From Verrucomicrobia subdivision 6 bacterium (GTDB lineage Bacteria > Verrucomicrobiota > Verrucomicrobiia > Methylacidiphilales > Verrucolacustridaceae): a stretch of 63,009 nucleotides of DNA. The notes under the pieces were generated by a model. It did not search any database. It was not told the origin of the DNA and worked only from the letters and a program-made list of their open reading frames with translations. Location of the stretch: assembly GCA_947441075.1 (NCBI GenBank), contig CANESK010000001.1, positions 1 through 63,009 of the forward strand, written 5' to 3'. This document shows positions 19,730-28,848 of the stretch, one piece after another; position 1 is the stretch's first letter, and the number at the start of each line of letters is the position of its first letter. The position numbers and the translations under genes were made by a program.

Positions 19730-19879
19730 TTATTCATTGGGGGGCAGAGCAAATTGGAGCTCCCGCAAAACCATATTTCGGAGGAGGGTAGATCGGTCTT
19801 GCCCTGTGAGGAGAGTGAGAGCATGGAGAGCTACTTCGAGCTCTTCTTCGCTAGGGGGAATGGAGCTCACAAGAAACAT
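19730..19879 (-). CDS. Small 49-aa protein, ribbon-helix-helix-like
   Basis: MFLVSSIPPSEEELEVALHALTLLTGQDRSTLLRNMVLRELQFALPPNE from ATG 19879. It lies past the terminator and upstream of the sigma gene. Confidence 0.45.
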   Translation of the reverse strand: MFLVSSIPPSEEELEVALHALTLLTGQDRSTLLRNMVLRELQFALPPNE

Positions 19880-19956
19880 TTTGTGGTTGAGGGCGGAAAA
19901 TCTCCTAGTGACGTTTTTGTGACAGAGGATAGGGGGGGTGAGGGCAGCTGAAGTGC

Positions 19957-19992
19957 AAAAAATGGGGGTGGGGAAATTATCCCCACCCCCAT
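19957..19992 (-). terminator. Rho-independent terminator of the RRM gene
   Basis: 13-bp perfect stem (atgggggtgggga/tccccacccccat) with a 5-nt loop, followed by a U-tract on the minus strand. Confidence 0.88.
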
Positions 19993-20014
19993 CGACAATC
20001 ATGAAAGACTGTTA

Positions 20015-20446
20015 TTATCCGCGGAAGCCGCCGCTGTCGCGACGAGGACCACGGGAGCCGCCACGGCTTCCGCCGCCGCCGCCACCACCGTATCCGCCTC
20101 CACCGCCACCATAACCGCCTCCGCCTCCACCACCGCCGTATCCGCCTCCGCCGCCACCACCACCGTATCCGCCACCACCACCACGGGCGGGACGTTCTTC
20201 GCGCGGACGCGCGATATTTACGGTGAGGCTACGACCGGCGTGATCTTTGCCGTGCATGCCGGCAACCGCGGCGTTCGCCTCATCGGGCGACGACATGGTC
20301 ACGAACGCGAAGCCGCGTGAGCGACCTGTGACGCGATCGGAGATCAAGGCGACGTCTGTGACGGTGCCATGGGCCGAAAAGGCCTGTTTGAGTTCTTCAT
20401 CTGTGGCGGAGAACGGAAGGTTCCCCACATATAGTCTGGTTTCCAT
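20015..20446 (-). CDS. RRM RNA-binding protein with glycine-rich tail
   Basis: RNP2 LYVGNL, RNP1 RGFAFVTM and a GGYGGGG-repeat C-terminus. Confidence 0.95.
   Translation of the reverse strand: METRLYVGNLPFSATDEELKQAFSAHGTVTDVALISDRVTGRSRGFAFVTMSSPDEANAAVAGMHGKDHAGRSLTVNIARPREERPARGGGGGYGGGGGGGGYGGGGGGGGYGGGGGGYGGGGGGGSRGGSRGPRRDSGGFRG
20070..20183 (-). repeat. Coding low-complexity GGY/G repeat
   Basis: Degenerate (ccg/cca)n tracts encoding four Tyr-punctuated poly-Gly units. Confidence 0.8.
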
Positions 20447-20591
20447 TGTATTTATGTTTCCTTAGTGGCTACTGGCTGACGGCGTTGCTCGGCGTGAGCC
20501 CGAACAACGGGCCACAAGGTGGGTTGGAACCTACCGGACTGTATCTGTTTCCTCGCTCGAACTCGTATCATCGAACCTTGACCAAGGTTTT

Positions 20592-20620
20592 AGAGTATTC
20601 TATTGGCAGGTTCTCGGCAA
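20592..20620 (-). promoter_or_regulatory. Sigma70-like promoter of the RRM gene
   Basis: TTGCCG-N17-TACTCT on the minus strand, implying a 5' UTR of about 140 nt. Confidence 0.6.
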
Positions 20621-20670
20621 GTTCTTATTTCGGAGCTTTTTGGAATGAGAATGGTTGGTAGAAGGGGGCG

Positions 20671-21456
20671 GTGAATCAGTGGCTAATTACGATCTTTCTG
20701 GGGTTAATTGAGGGGGTAACCGAGTTTTTGCCGATCTCGTCCACTGGGCATCTCCTTCTGGCAGAACACCTTTTCGAGGATCAGAGAAGTGAGCTTTTTA
20801 ATGTGGGCATCCAGGCGGGGGCGTTGCTGGCGGTTCTTTTGATCTATGCGCCGAGGTTGAGGAGGATGGCGATGGGGGAACTGGGGGTGGAGGGAAAAAG
20901 ATATTTAATGAAATTAGGGGGAGCCTTTATTTTGACGGCTGGGCTGGGGTTGATGGCGGCGAGGCTGGGGTTGAAGCTGCCAGAGGATCCGAGAGTGATT
21001 GCCTGGACCTTGATGGTGGGCGGGGTTTTGATTTTGGTGGCGGAGGGTTGGTTGAAGAGACACGAGGGTCATGAAAATCCTGGATGGGCTACGGCGTGTG
21101 CGATCGGAGCGTCGCAGATGGTGGCGGCGGTGTTTCCAGGAACGTCGCGTTCTGGGGTGACGATCTTGGCAGGAATGTTTGGGGGACTTTCCCGCTCGGC
21201 GGCAACCGACTTTTCCTTTTTACTGGGGATTCCGACTCTGTTAGCGGCTTGTGCGCTTAGCTTTTATCGGCAGTTAAAGTCGGCTGGCGTACCTGGGCAA
21301 GAGGAGTGGATGCATCTGGGGTTGGGTTTTGTGGTTTCGGGGGTGACGGCGTATTTCGTGGTGCGTTGGTTGCTGGGCTATGTACGGAGCAGGACGTTCA
21401 GCCCCTTTGGATGGTATCGGATTGGGTTGGGGTTGGTCTGGTTGCTGGTAAAATAA
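20671..21456 (+). CDS. uppP: Undecaprenyl-diphosphate phosphatase
   Basis: EGVTEFLPISSTGHL, PGTSRSG and FSFLLGIP. Confidence 0.95.
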   Translation: MNQWLITIFLGLIEGVTEFLPISSTGHLLLAEHLFEDQRSELFNVGIQAGALLAVLLIYAPRLRRMAMGELGVEGKRYLMKLGGAFILTAGLGLMAARLGLKLPEDPRVIAWTLMVGGVLILVAEGWLKRHEGHENPGWATACAIGASQMVAAVFPGTSRSGVTILAGMFGGLSRSAATDFSFLLGIPTLLAACALSFYRQLKSAGVPGQEEWMHLGLGFVVSGVTAYFVVRWLLGYVRSRTFSPFGWYRIGLGLVWLLVK

Positions 21457-21620
21457 AGTTAATTGGAGCAGGCTGGGCGAAGGCCAGTGAGTTGGTGGGC
21501 TTTTTTCATGAGCGGGGAAATTAGGCACTGGTCGAGAAAGACGGTGGAATGGCATGCACAGCAGAGGATGGATTATGGCTGCGTCTCTCGAGAAAAATAG
21601 GTTCATTCAGTCTTATTATA

Positions 21621-21666
21621 AATGCAAAGTTTCGCATTGACTAATAATCGCTCCTACTTCTATTCT
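21621..21666 (+). promoter_or_regulatory. Promoter with palindromic operator candidate
   Basis: TTGACT(21637-42)-N18-TATTCT(21661-66). The imperfect palindrome aatgcaaagtttcgcatt (21621-38) overlaps the -35. Confidence 0.5.
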
Positions 21667-21675
21667 TTTCCAGTG

Positions 21676-22377
21676 ATGAGGGCTCCAAGTCGTTGGCATG
21701 GATCTAGTCGGGCTTTTTCCCTTCTGGAGCTTTTGGCGGTGGTGGTGGTTGGAGGGATGCTTGTGGGCTTGGCAATCCCTGCACTGCAGGGGGCTTTTGT
21801 CCGGGGGAAGCAATCGCTCTGTGCCTCGAACCTTAGACAGATCGGGCAAGGCATCACCCTTTATGCCCAAGAACAAAATGGTGCCCTTCCGTCCACTACT
21901 TGTTTAGGAAGTGAGAGTTGGATTGTCACTTTACAGCCTTACCTAGGGGAAAGCTTTGATCGGGTGCGAATTTGTCCGGTGGACCCAAAAGGCAAAGAGA
22001 GACTTGGGTACAGAGGTACGAGCTACCTGATTAATGATCAGGTGGATGTTGCGTATAATTCAAAAGGGGTGGCGGTTCCGGGGTCTCTTTCGAGTCTTTT
22101 GCGGATGGATCAAGGATCGAAAAGAATTTTGCTCTTTATTGCAGCGGACACCAAATCCACCGGTCCGACGGAGGATCATGTGCACTCGCTGAGTTTGGGG
22201 AAATGGGCCTCTCTTCTGAGCGAGATTAAACCTGATGCCTATGGCGGTGGCGGAAAAAATCGGACGAGGGGAAGCGCGAATTATCTTTTTGCCGATACTC
22301 ACGTACAGAGTATTTCTTCGCTAGAGATTAAAAAGATTGTCGACGGAAAAACAAACATCGCAACCCAACCTCTGTAA
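21676..22377 (+). CDS. Prepilin-type N-terminal cleavage/methylation protein (H-X9-DG-like C-terminus)
   Basis: A|FSLLELLAVV, CASNLRQIG, CPVD and ANYLFADTHV. Start placed at ATG 21676 after the predicted -10 (ORF track start is 21622). Confidence 0.85.
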   Translation: MRAPSRWHGSSRAFSLLELLAVVVVGGMLVGLAIPALQGAFVRGKQSLCASNLRQIGQGITLYAQEQNGALPSTTCLGSESWIVTLQPYLGESFDRVRICPVDPKGKERLGYRGTSYLINDQVDVAYNSKGVAVPGSLSSLLRMDQGSKRILLFIAADTKSTGPTEDHVHSLSLGKWASLLSEIKPDAYGGGGKNRTRGSANYLFADTHVQSISSLEIKKIVDGKTNIATQPL

Positions 22378-22389
22378 AACCGAACCCGA

Positions 22390-23166
22390 ATGACCCTGAC
22401 CATGAAAAAACAAACTTTCCTAAAGATTTTCAGTCCACTCTTTCTTTTTGGCTTCGCGCTGAACAGCTACGCGGTGGTGACGTTATCCACCGGACATGTG
22501 GACGGCTTTGAGATCCACTACGATTCAACGGCCACAGATCCTGAGGAGCGTTTTGGACTTCATATCCATGATGAGAGCACAAATACCCATTATGAGCCCG
22601 CGGAGGTGATTTTGCAGGTGAATGAGGCGGCCTACAGTTTGCAAGGAGAGGTCTTTGCCAGTGCCAGCCGATTGGGCTGGGAGAGCGAATTTGGATGGGT
22701 TCTGCCCTCAACTCAGAGCGAGACTGTCGATGGCAACGGAGAGCCTGCGATGTTGTTCCTTGGAGTCGCCTCAGACGGTGGTGGGGCTGCTTGGGCCGGG
22801 AATCAGTTTAAAATCTCCTTGATTTCTGTGGGGGCGAACAACCCTGGAGACTTTGCCATGTACCGTTTTAGTGGATCTGCTGGTTCTTTTTCGAATCCAA
22901 TCAATACGAAGAATGGAGTGAGCAGTTCTGATGTTTTAACGGTTTCCAGTCTCGGGGGTCATGAGCATTGGAATTGGGCCTTTTCTGAGCCCGGAGAATA
23001 CACCCTTAATTTCCAAGCCTCAGGATTGCTTGTTGATACGCTTTTTGAAAGCGCAGTCGAGACTTACACATTTAACGTAATTCCTGAGCCGACATGTGGG
23101 ACTCTTTTGCTGATCGGGCTGGTGGGTTGGGTGGCAACTCGTAAGAGGGTTTTCTCAAAGGGTTAA
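22390..23166 (+). CDS. PEP-CTERM surface protein with choice-of-anchor M / TIGR03769-like domain
   Basis: Signal peptide, GHVD, WVLP..Q, HEHWNWAFSEPGEYTL, and C-terminal IPEP-TM-RKR sorting signal. Confidence 0.85.
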   Translation: MTLTMKKQTFLKIFSPLFLFGFALNSYAVVTLSTGHVDGFEIHYDSTATDPEERFGLHIHDESTNTHYEPAEVILQVNEAAYSLQGEVFASASRLGWESEFGWVLPSTQSETVDGNGEPAMLFLGVASDGGGAAWAGNQFKISLISVGANNPGDFAMYRFSGSAGSFSNPINTKNGVSSSDVLTVSSLGGHEHWNWAFSEPGEYTLNFQASGLLVDTLFESAVETYTFNVIPEPTCGTLLLIGLVGWVATRKRVFSKG

Positions 23167-23167
23167 G

Positions 23168-24271
23168 TTACTCCTTCATGCCTTGACCGATGGGTGAGGC
23201 GTAACCGGTGAGCTCGGTATAGCCGCGACCGGAGATAACCTTTCCTGATCGGGTACCGGTGAAGCGGCAGGTGCCTTCCCAGTAGCGAATGTTGGAAGTG
23301 CGTTTGAGGCGGAGTTCCTGGTCGAGGAGGAGGGGCTGAACTTCACCCGTAATTTGGAGTGATGGGATGGAGATTTTCCAGCCGGAAGGATAAGTGGCGC
23401 CGCTGGCGGTTTTCCACTCATCGAGGGGCAGGATGGTGAAGTCGGATGACTTGAGGGGGAGGGAGGGACCATGGGCAGGGATCCAGGTTCCGGAGGAGGC
23501 GGGATCAGTTCGATTTCCCGGGTTGCGCATCCGATAGAGCATGAGTTCGTCGCCTGAATCGAACTGGAGGCAGAACCAGTCCCAGCCTTCCTGATCTTCT
23601 CCGAGTGCGCTCGTGGAAAATTCGTGATCGAACCAAGAAAGGCCTTGAACGGGAATTTTTTTTCCTGCGATCGTCAGTTGGCCTGAGGTTTGGAGTCGGG
23701 TGAAGGAGTAGTAGTGGCTGGCGTTGCCTGGAGTGGCGGATTTTCGGCTTAGGCCTTTCTCCCCTTGGAGAGTAAGAGGTTTGAGGGGGGTGGCGGAAAG
23801 TTCGAGTCCGATGCCCGTGAGGGGATCGGCGGCGGCCATTTGGAGAGTGGAGTCGGTTTTTCTCTGAAGGGTCCAATCGGCAAGTCGAACCTGCATGTCT
23901 TTTTGGGAAATTTCTACCTCTCCGAGGGCGCCTCGGCTGATTTTTTCGGAGAAAATAAAGCGTCGAGATTGAACATCGGTGATGGCGAGATGAGCGAAGT
24001 AGATGTCACGGATTGACCAAGCGGAGTCGGGTTGGGTGGGTTTGGGTTGGAGACCGTGACGGAAGAAGGTGAGTTCGTAGCCGTAGGGATTGCCTTGTGT
24101 GTCGTTGAGATTGCCCGTGAGGTACCACCATTCGGTTTTGAACTCGGGATGAGAGCCGTGGTCACGAGGAAAAGACCAGGGCCAAGGGGTGGTGGCGTGG
24201 GTCCAGGGATCGGCGGCTATGAGGCTTGAGCCGAGGAGAAGAAAAAACAGGAGGGAATAGATTGAATTCAC
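23168..24271 (-). CDS. Secreted lipocalin-like AttH/CrtC-family protein
   Basis: FPRDHGSHP..KTEWWY, SHYYS, WFDHEFS, GWDWF, YPSGW, DQEL, YWEG and GYTELTGY. Confidence 0.88.
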   Translation of the reverse strand: MNSIYSLLFFLLLGSSLIAADPWTHATTPWPWSFPRDHGSHPEFKTEWWYLTGNLNDTQGNPYGYELTFFRHGLQPKPTQPDSAWSIRDIYFAHLAITDVQSRRFIFSEKISRGALGEVEISQKDMQVRLADWTLQRKTDSTLQMAAADPLTGIGLELSATPLKPLTLQGEKGLSRKSATPGNASHYYSFTRLQTSGQLTIAGKKIPVQGLSWFDHEFSTSALGEDQEGWDWFCLQFDSGDELMLYRMRNPGNRTDPASSGTWIPAHGPSLPLKSSDFTILPLDEWKTASGATYPSGWKISIPSLQITGEVQPLLLDQELRLKRTSNIRYWEGTCRFTGTRSGKVISGRGYTELTGYASPIGQGMKE

Positions 24272-24301
24272 TTGGGCCGTTGAAATCCAGTTTCTCGGAT
24301 T

Positions 24302-26149
24302 TTAAATCGGGAAGTAACAAACGGTATTGGAGAGGAGGATCATAATAAAGATGAGGACCGTGATGAGGGGGCCGAGGAGCGTGCGACCCGTCATAAGGAA
24401 AATGTAGCGGTGGAAATAGGGCATGACAAACATCATGGGGACAACGGCAAAGAGCAGGTTTACGTAAAGCCAGCCCTCGGTCCAACGAACGGTACCGGTG
24501 CGGGCAAAGGTGGCGTATTGGGCGAGAAGGATGAGAAAGAGACCGAGGGAATTGGCTACGCCTGCCAGCAGGAGACTACGCCAAGGCGGAGTTTCGGCGA
24601 AGCGAAGAGCCCGATTGGCTCGAAGGGAGTTGGAGAAAAAAAAGACAAAAAAGAAGGGTGCATAGACCAGCATTAGAAGAAGGAGGGCGGGTTGGAAAAG
24701 GCGAACACCAAGAAAGAGGAAGCGGTAATCGACATGGAATAGGGTGTAGACGACGAAAAGGAGGCCAAAGAAGGAAAAAAAGACGAGGAGTGCCAAAAGG
24801 AGGGAACGAATGATTTCAGAAATCGAAAAATCGAGGCCGAGAGAGGAGAAGTGAAAGGATTGGCCTTGGAGGCGATGACCGATGGAAAAAAGAGCGAGAC
24901 CTACGAGTCCATTGGTGAAGGCCCAGAGCATGACACCGTTGTTCATGCGTTGCGGAAAAAACCATGTCTGTTGTCGACCTGATGCCTCTACGAATAGTTT
25001 TTGCGAGAGATCTGTTAGGGGAATGTAGGAGAAGCAGGCGATGAGAGCCCCAGTGATGAGTAGAGTCCAGAAAGTGAGTCGAGCCCACCCAGTGGGCGAG
25101 GGAGGGGCTGGAGGGATGGGTCGAACCAGGCTATGGAAATAAGGGATTTGTTGGAGAAGAAGTCGGGTGAGAGGAAAGATGGCGACGAAGGCAGCGAGAA
25201 GAGCGCAAAGGGAGAAGATCTCTTTCCAAAACCAGACCTGGTGTTTGCCTGGCAGCGTGTTTTGCAGGGCGAAAACTTTGGTGAAGTAGTCGAGTTGGTG
25301 GGTGGTGGCGGTAAGGCTGTAGGGTTGGAAGGGGTGCAAGACGGGTTCGTTGTGCACGACCCGAAGATTTCTTGTGGCGACGTCACCGTAGTCGTGGTCG
25401 ATCTCGATGCTAGTTAGCTCAGGTTCGTTTGGTTGGGCAGAGTTAACGAAGCGGAGGGCTTCGGGGGCTTGGCGGAGATCGGCGCTTTTACGTTCATTAC
25501 GGAAGGCGCCTTCGTCGTAGAGCCCGTAGCTGAGGCCGAGATTGGAGCGAACCTCGCGAAGGATTTTATTTTTGAGAGAAAGCACATAGCCAGAGATGTA
25601 AGCGGCGTGGATTTTACTGGGGGTACTGGTCTGGGTGGCTTCGGCCCCGAAGTGGGAGGCGGCTTGGAGGGCGGCATTCCCTCCGGCGGAGTGGCCGGTG
25701 ACACCAATACGGGTTTTATCGATGTAATTAAGATTGTGGGTGTTGGCAAGGTAGTCCACGACGGCAAACATGCCGTAGCCTTCTTCGGTAGCGGAGCGGG
25801 TGCTGAGGGAGGAGCTGGAGGAACCTTGGGCATAGGGGTCGATGGCGATGACGACGATGCCGCGACGGGCTAGTTCGAGTGAGATATTGGCTTGGGTTTC
25901 TTTTGAGCGTTGGAATCCTGGCACGACAATGACAGCGGGTGCAGGGGAGGTGCTGGTGGCGGAGAGGGGGCGGAAAAGATCAGCGGCAACCCATTGGCCA
26001 TTTTGAGTGGGGAGAGAGATTCCGGTTACCTTGACCTTGCCACCAGACGTTTGAATCTGAGAAGCGAGAGCACTGGCGAGGAGGACAATGGATACGCAAA
26101 GAGCGAGTAATTTAAAACCAGTGGAAGGCGGACTGGGGAGCTGTTCCAT
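24302..26149 (-). CDS. Membrane-anchored alpha/beta hydrolase with multi-TM C-terminal domain
   Basis: N-terminal TM, GVTGHSAGG nucleophile elbow, and about 8 C-terminal TM helices. Confidence 0.8.
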   Translation of the reverse strand: MEQLPSPPSTGFKLLALCVSIVLLASALASQIQTSGGKVKVTGISLPTQNGQWVAADLFRPLSATSTSPAPAVIVVPGFQRSKETQANISLELARRGIVVIAIDPYAQGSSSSSLSTRSATEEGYGMFAVVDYLANTHNLNYIDKTRIGVTGHSAGGNAALQAASHFGAEATQTSTPSKIHAAYISGYVLSLKNKILREVRSNLGLSYGLYDEGAFRNERKSADLRQAPEALRFVNSAQPNEPELTSIEIDHDYGDVATRNLRVVHNEPVLHPFQPYSLTATTHQLDYFTKVFALQNTLPGKHQVWFWKEIFSLCALLAAFVAIFPLTRLLLQQIPYFHSLVRPIPPAPPSPTGWARLTFWTLLITGALIACFSYIPLTDLSQKLFVEASGRQQTWFFPQRMNNGVMLWAFTNGLVGLALFSIGHRLQGQSFHFSSLGLDFSISEIIRSLLLALLVFFSFFGLLFVVYTLFHVDYRFLFLGVRLFQPALLLLMLVYAPFFFVFFFSNSLRANRALRFAETPPWRSLLLAGVANSLGLFLILLAQYATFARTGTVRWTEGWLYVNLLFAVVPMMFVMPYFHRYIFLMTGRTLLGPLITVLIFIMILLSNTVCYFPI

Positions 26150-26265
26150 GAGTTAATTCAAGATGGGCAGGGTTAGGTGGTGATTCAAGGAATGTCGGGA
26201 GGACAGGATTTTGGGGTTTAGAAGAGGCGGAAGAACCGAAAGGCGATTGGGAATCAATTAGCTTT

Positions 26266-28845
26266 TTATTCGGAGCGGAGGGCTTCAGCGGGGGAGAGGC
26301 GGGAGGCTCGCCAGGCAGGGGGGAGGGATGCGAGGAGGCAGGCGAGAATCATACCGAGGGTGACATAAACAAGGGAGGGGTAAGGAGTGTGCCAATCGAT
26401 GGTCCAACCAAAAAAAGCGCGGTTAATAACTTGCATGAGAATGAGGGCGACAGCGAAGCCTGTAACGATTCCTAGGGTGATACCGGTGGCACCGAGATAA
26501 GCGGATTCGAACATGATGGTGCGAAGGATTTGGGCGCGGGAAGCGCCGGTGGCACGGAGGATGCCAATTTCGCGAGTGCGTTCGACGCCGAGGGCGGTGA
26601 GGGAGAGGGTGACGCCGAGGGCGGCGACGGCGATGGCGAGAGTGCGGAGAAGAGTAGTCACGGCAAAGGAGCGATCGAAGATGCGAAGGGCTTCCTCGCG
26701 AAGGCCTGCTTGGGAGTAGATCAGAAATTCCCCACGGGGGCGAAGTTGCTCGCGGAGGGAGTCGCCCACGGCTTGGGCCGAGATGCCGGGTTGAAGATGA
26801 ATGGCGAGGCTGGTTAATCCTTGGTCTTGGGTGAGGCGTTGGTAAGTAGTGCGATCGAGGAGAAGAAGGCCGGATTCGGAGGTGTAGTCACGGAAGATGG
26901 CGGCGACCTGGATGGGTCGAAGGCCGGTGGGAGTGGGTAGGGAGATACTGCTTCCAGGTTGAAGGCGACGGCGGCGGGCGAAATTTTCTGAGATGAGGGC
27001 GTAGTCCCCTTTTTGACAAAGCTCATAAGGATCGCCAGGCAGGGCGGAGAGAAGAGTTAAGGGATTGTGGATTCGGAGGACATCGAGTTTACAGGCGGCG
27101 AGTTTGGCGGGAAGTCCGTCGAGAAAGAGGCGAACTTCGCGGTAGGTGCCGACGGCAAGAACTCCTGGAGTGGCGAGGGCGAGGGATTCAGCAATGGGAT
27201 CGAGGGGTTCGAGGGCTCCTGCGATGAGGTTGGTCGATGGGGCAATAAAGAGATCGGCTTTGATGCTTTCGCCGATCCATTGGTCGACGGTGGCACGGAA
27301 GCTGTGGACCATAATGGTAACGCCGATGGCCATGGCGACGGCGACGGAGAGAGCGGCGGCAGCTAGGCCGTGGCGGTGCAGACCGCGGCTGAAGGCGGAG
27401 CGGGCGAGAATGGCGGAGGGAAAAGGAAGTGAGGGAAGGCGGGCGAAAAATCGGCCGAGGGAGGGAGCAAGAAAGGCGGCGGCGAGAAGAATACTGAGAG
27501 CGGCGAGGAAGCCGGTGCGGGGGATGCGACCATAGAGGGCAGTGGCGGAAAAGATAAGAGTGAGAAGAAAGCAGAGGAGGGCAGGGCGAAGAGCAAGGGA
27601 GTGGGGAGAGGAGGCGCGATCGGCTGAGTTTCCAGGTTGAAGGGCATCCACGGGGGGGACGAGAGAGGCTTCGCGAGCGGGCCACCAAGCGGCGAGGCCT
27701 GCGGCGAGAAGTCCAGCAAGGCCTGCGAGGAGGAGGCTCCAAGGATTGACTGCGATATCGGTCATGCTGAGGAGAACGTAGTGGGAAGTGATGGTGGAGG
27801 AAACGGAGTGGAGAAGAGTACGGGCGACTTGAAGGCCGAGAAAAATTCCAAGGGTCGAGCCGAGGAGGGATAGGAGAAGAGATTCGCCTACGAGAAGAAA
27901 GATGACGGAGCGGCGATCGAGGCCGAGAGAGCGGAGGAGTCCAAGTTCGGAACGCCGACGGGCGACATTGGCGGCGACGGTGTTAGTGACAAGAAACATG
28001 CCGACGACCAGAGCGATCAGGGAGAGGGCGGTGAGGTTGAGTTGGAAAGCGCCGAGCATTTTACCGACTTCTTGTCCGCGGCGTTCGGGGGAGCCTGCGC
28101 GGGCATTGGCGGGGAGGTGGGGGGTGAGGCGGGTGAGGAGGTCGGCTTGGGCGGAAGCGATTTTGCCGTCGGCATCGGGAAGAAGGAGGGCGTCGATGCG
28201 ATCGATTTGGCCGAGGAGTCCGAAGGAGGATTGAACGGTGGCGATATCGGCGATGGCAAGGTGGTCATCGGCTCCGATGAGGTCGGGGGAAGGTTCGAGG
28301 AGAAAGCGAATCTGGAGATTTGCTTGGTGTCCGCCCGAAATGGCGCGAAGCGAGTCGCCGATTTTGAGGTGGAGGCGATCGGCGAGAGGGCGGGTGATGG
28401 CAATGGTGTTGGGTTCGGAAACGAACGCGGTGGCATCGGCAGGAGTGAGCAGGGTGTCTTGGAGGCGGTAAGTGACGAGTTCTGTGTTGGAGAATGGATC
28501 GACGCCGATGAGATGGATAAACTCGCCAGGGTGGGAGGGAAGGGAAGCAACTAGTGTGAGGGTGGGGGTGAGTTCGCGGATAGCGGGATCTTGGCGGAGG
28601 ATGGGAATGAGTTTTTCGGGGAGACGAAAGCCTTGGCCTTCGATGGTGAAGTCGGGTCGGCCGGCGACGAGGTCGAGGGAGGCGCGGAAGGAGCGGAGGG
28701 CAGTCTCGTTAACGGTTTGGATGGCGACAATGGCGGCGACGCCGACGGCGAGGGCGGTGAGGTTGAGGAGTGAGAGAGTTTTATGGCGAAAGAAATCACG
28801 GCCTCCGTGGGCAAGAAAGACGCGAAAAGTGCGGAGCCAGTTCAA
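26266..28845 (-). CDS. ABC transporter permease (FtsX/MacB-like duplicated; AttFG-like)
   Basis: Two MacB-type repeats with RRSELGLLRSLG and RTREIGILRATGA; ends in AEALRSE. Confidence 0.9.
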   Translation of the reverse strand: MNWLRTFRVFLAHGGRDFFRHKTLSLLNLTALAVGVAAIVAIQTVNETALRSFRASLDLVAGRPDFTIEGQGFRLPEKLIPILRQDPAIRELTPTLTLVASLPSHPGEFIHLIGVDPFSNTELVTYRLQDTLLTPADATAFVSEPNTIAITRPLADRLHLKIGDSLRAISGGHQANLQIRFLLEPSPDLIGADDHLAIADIATVQSSFGLLGQIDRIDALLLPDADGKIASAQADLLTRLTPHLPANARAGSPERRGQEVGKMLGAFQLNLTALSLIALVVGMFLVTNTVAANVARRRSELGLLRSLGLDRRSVIFLLVGESLLLSLLGSTLGIFLGLQVARTLLHSVSSTITSHYVLLSMTDIAVNPWSLLLAGLAGLLAAGLAAWWPAREASLVPPVDALQPGNSADRASSPHSLALRPALLCFLLTLIFSATALYGRIPRTGFLAALSILLAAAFLAPSLGRFFARLPSLPFPSAILARSAFSRGLHRHGLAAAALSVAVAMAIGVTIMVHSFRATVDQWIGESIKADLFIAPSTNLIAGALEPLDPIAESLALATPGVLAVGTYREVRLFLDGLPAKLAACKLDVLRIHNPLTLLSALPGDPYELCQKGDYALISENFARRRRLQPGSSISLPTPTGLRPIQVAAIFRDYTSESGLLLLDRTTYQRLTQDQGLTSLAIHLQPGISAQAVGDSLREQLRPRGEFLIYSQAGLREEALRIFDRSFAVTTLLRTLAIAVAALGVTLSLTALGVERTREIGILRATGASRAQILRTIMFESAYLGATGITLGIVTGFAVALILMQVINRAFFGWTIDWHTPYPSLVYVTLGMILACLLASLPPAWRASRLSPAEALRSE

Positions 28846-28848
28846 GAG

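Noticed and set aside
20070-20183. GC-rich tandem repeats as a non-coding repeat array
   Set aside because: Fully explained by the poly-Gly tail of the RRM protein.
21457-21620. Cobalamin or other riboswitch upstream of the prepilin operon
   Set aside because: Only fragments (gggaa, gcactg) are present without the conserved core, and the predicted promoter lies downstream of this region.
23168-24271. Carotenoid hydratase crtC assignment
   Set aside because: Signal peptide and ABC-transporter context fit the AttH-like branch; the carotenoid genes are about 24 kb away.
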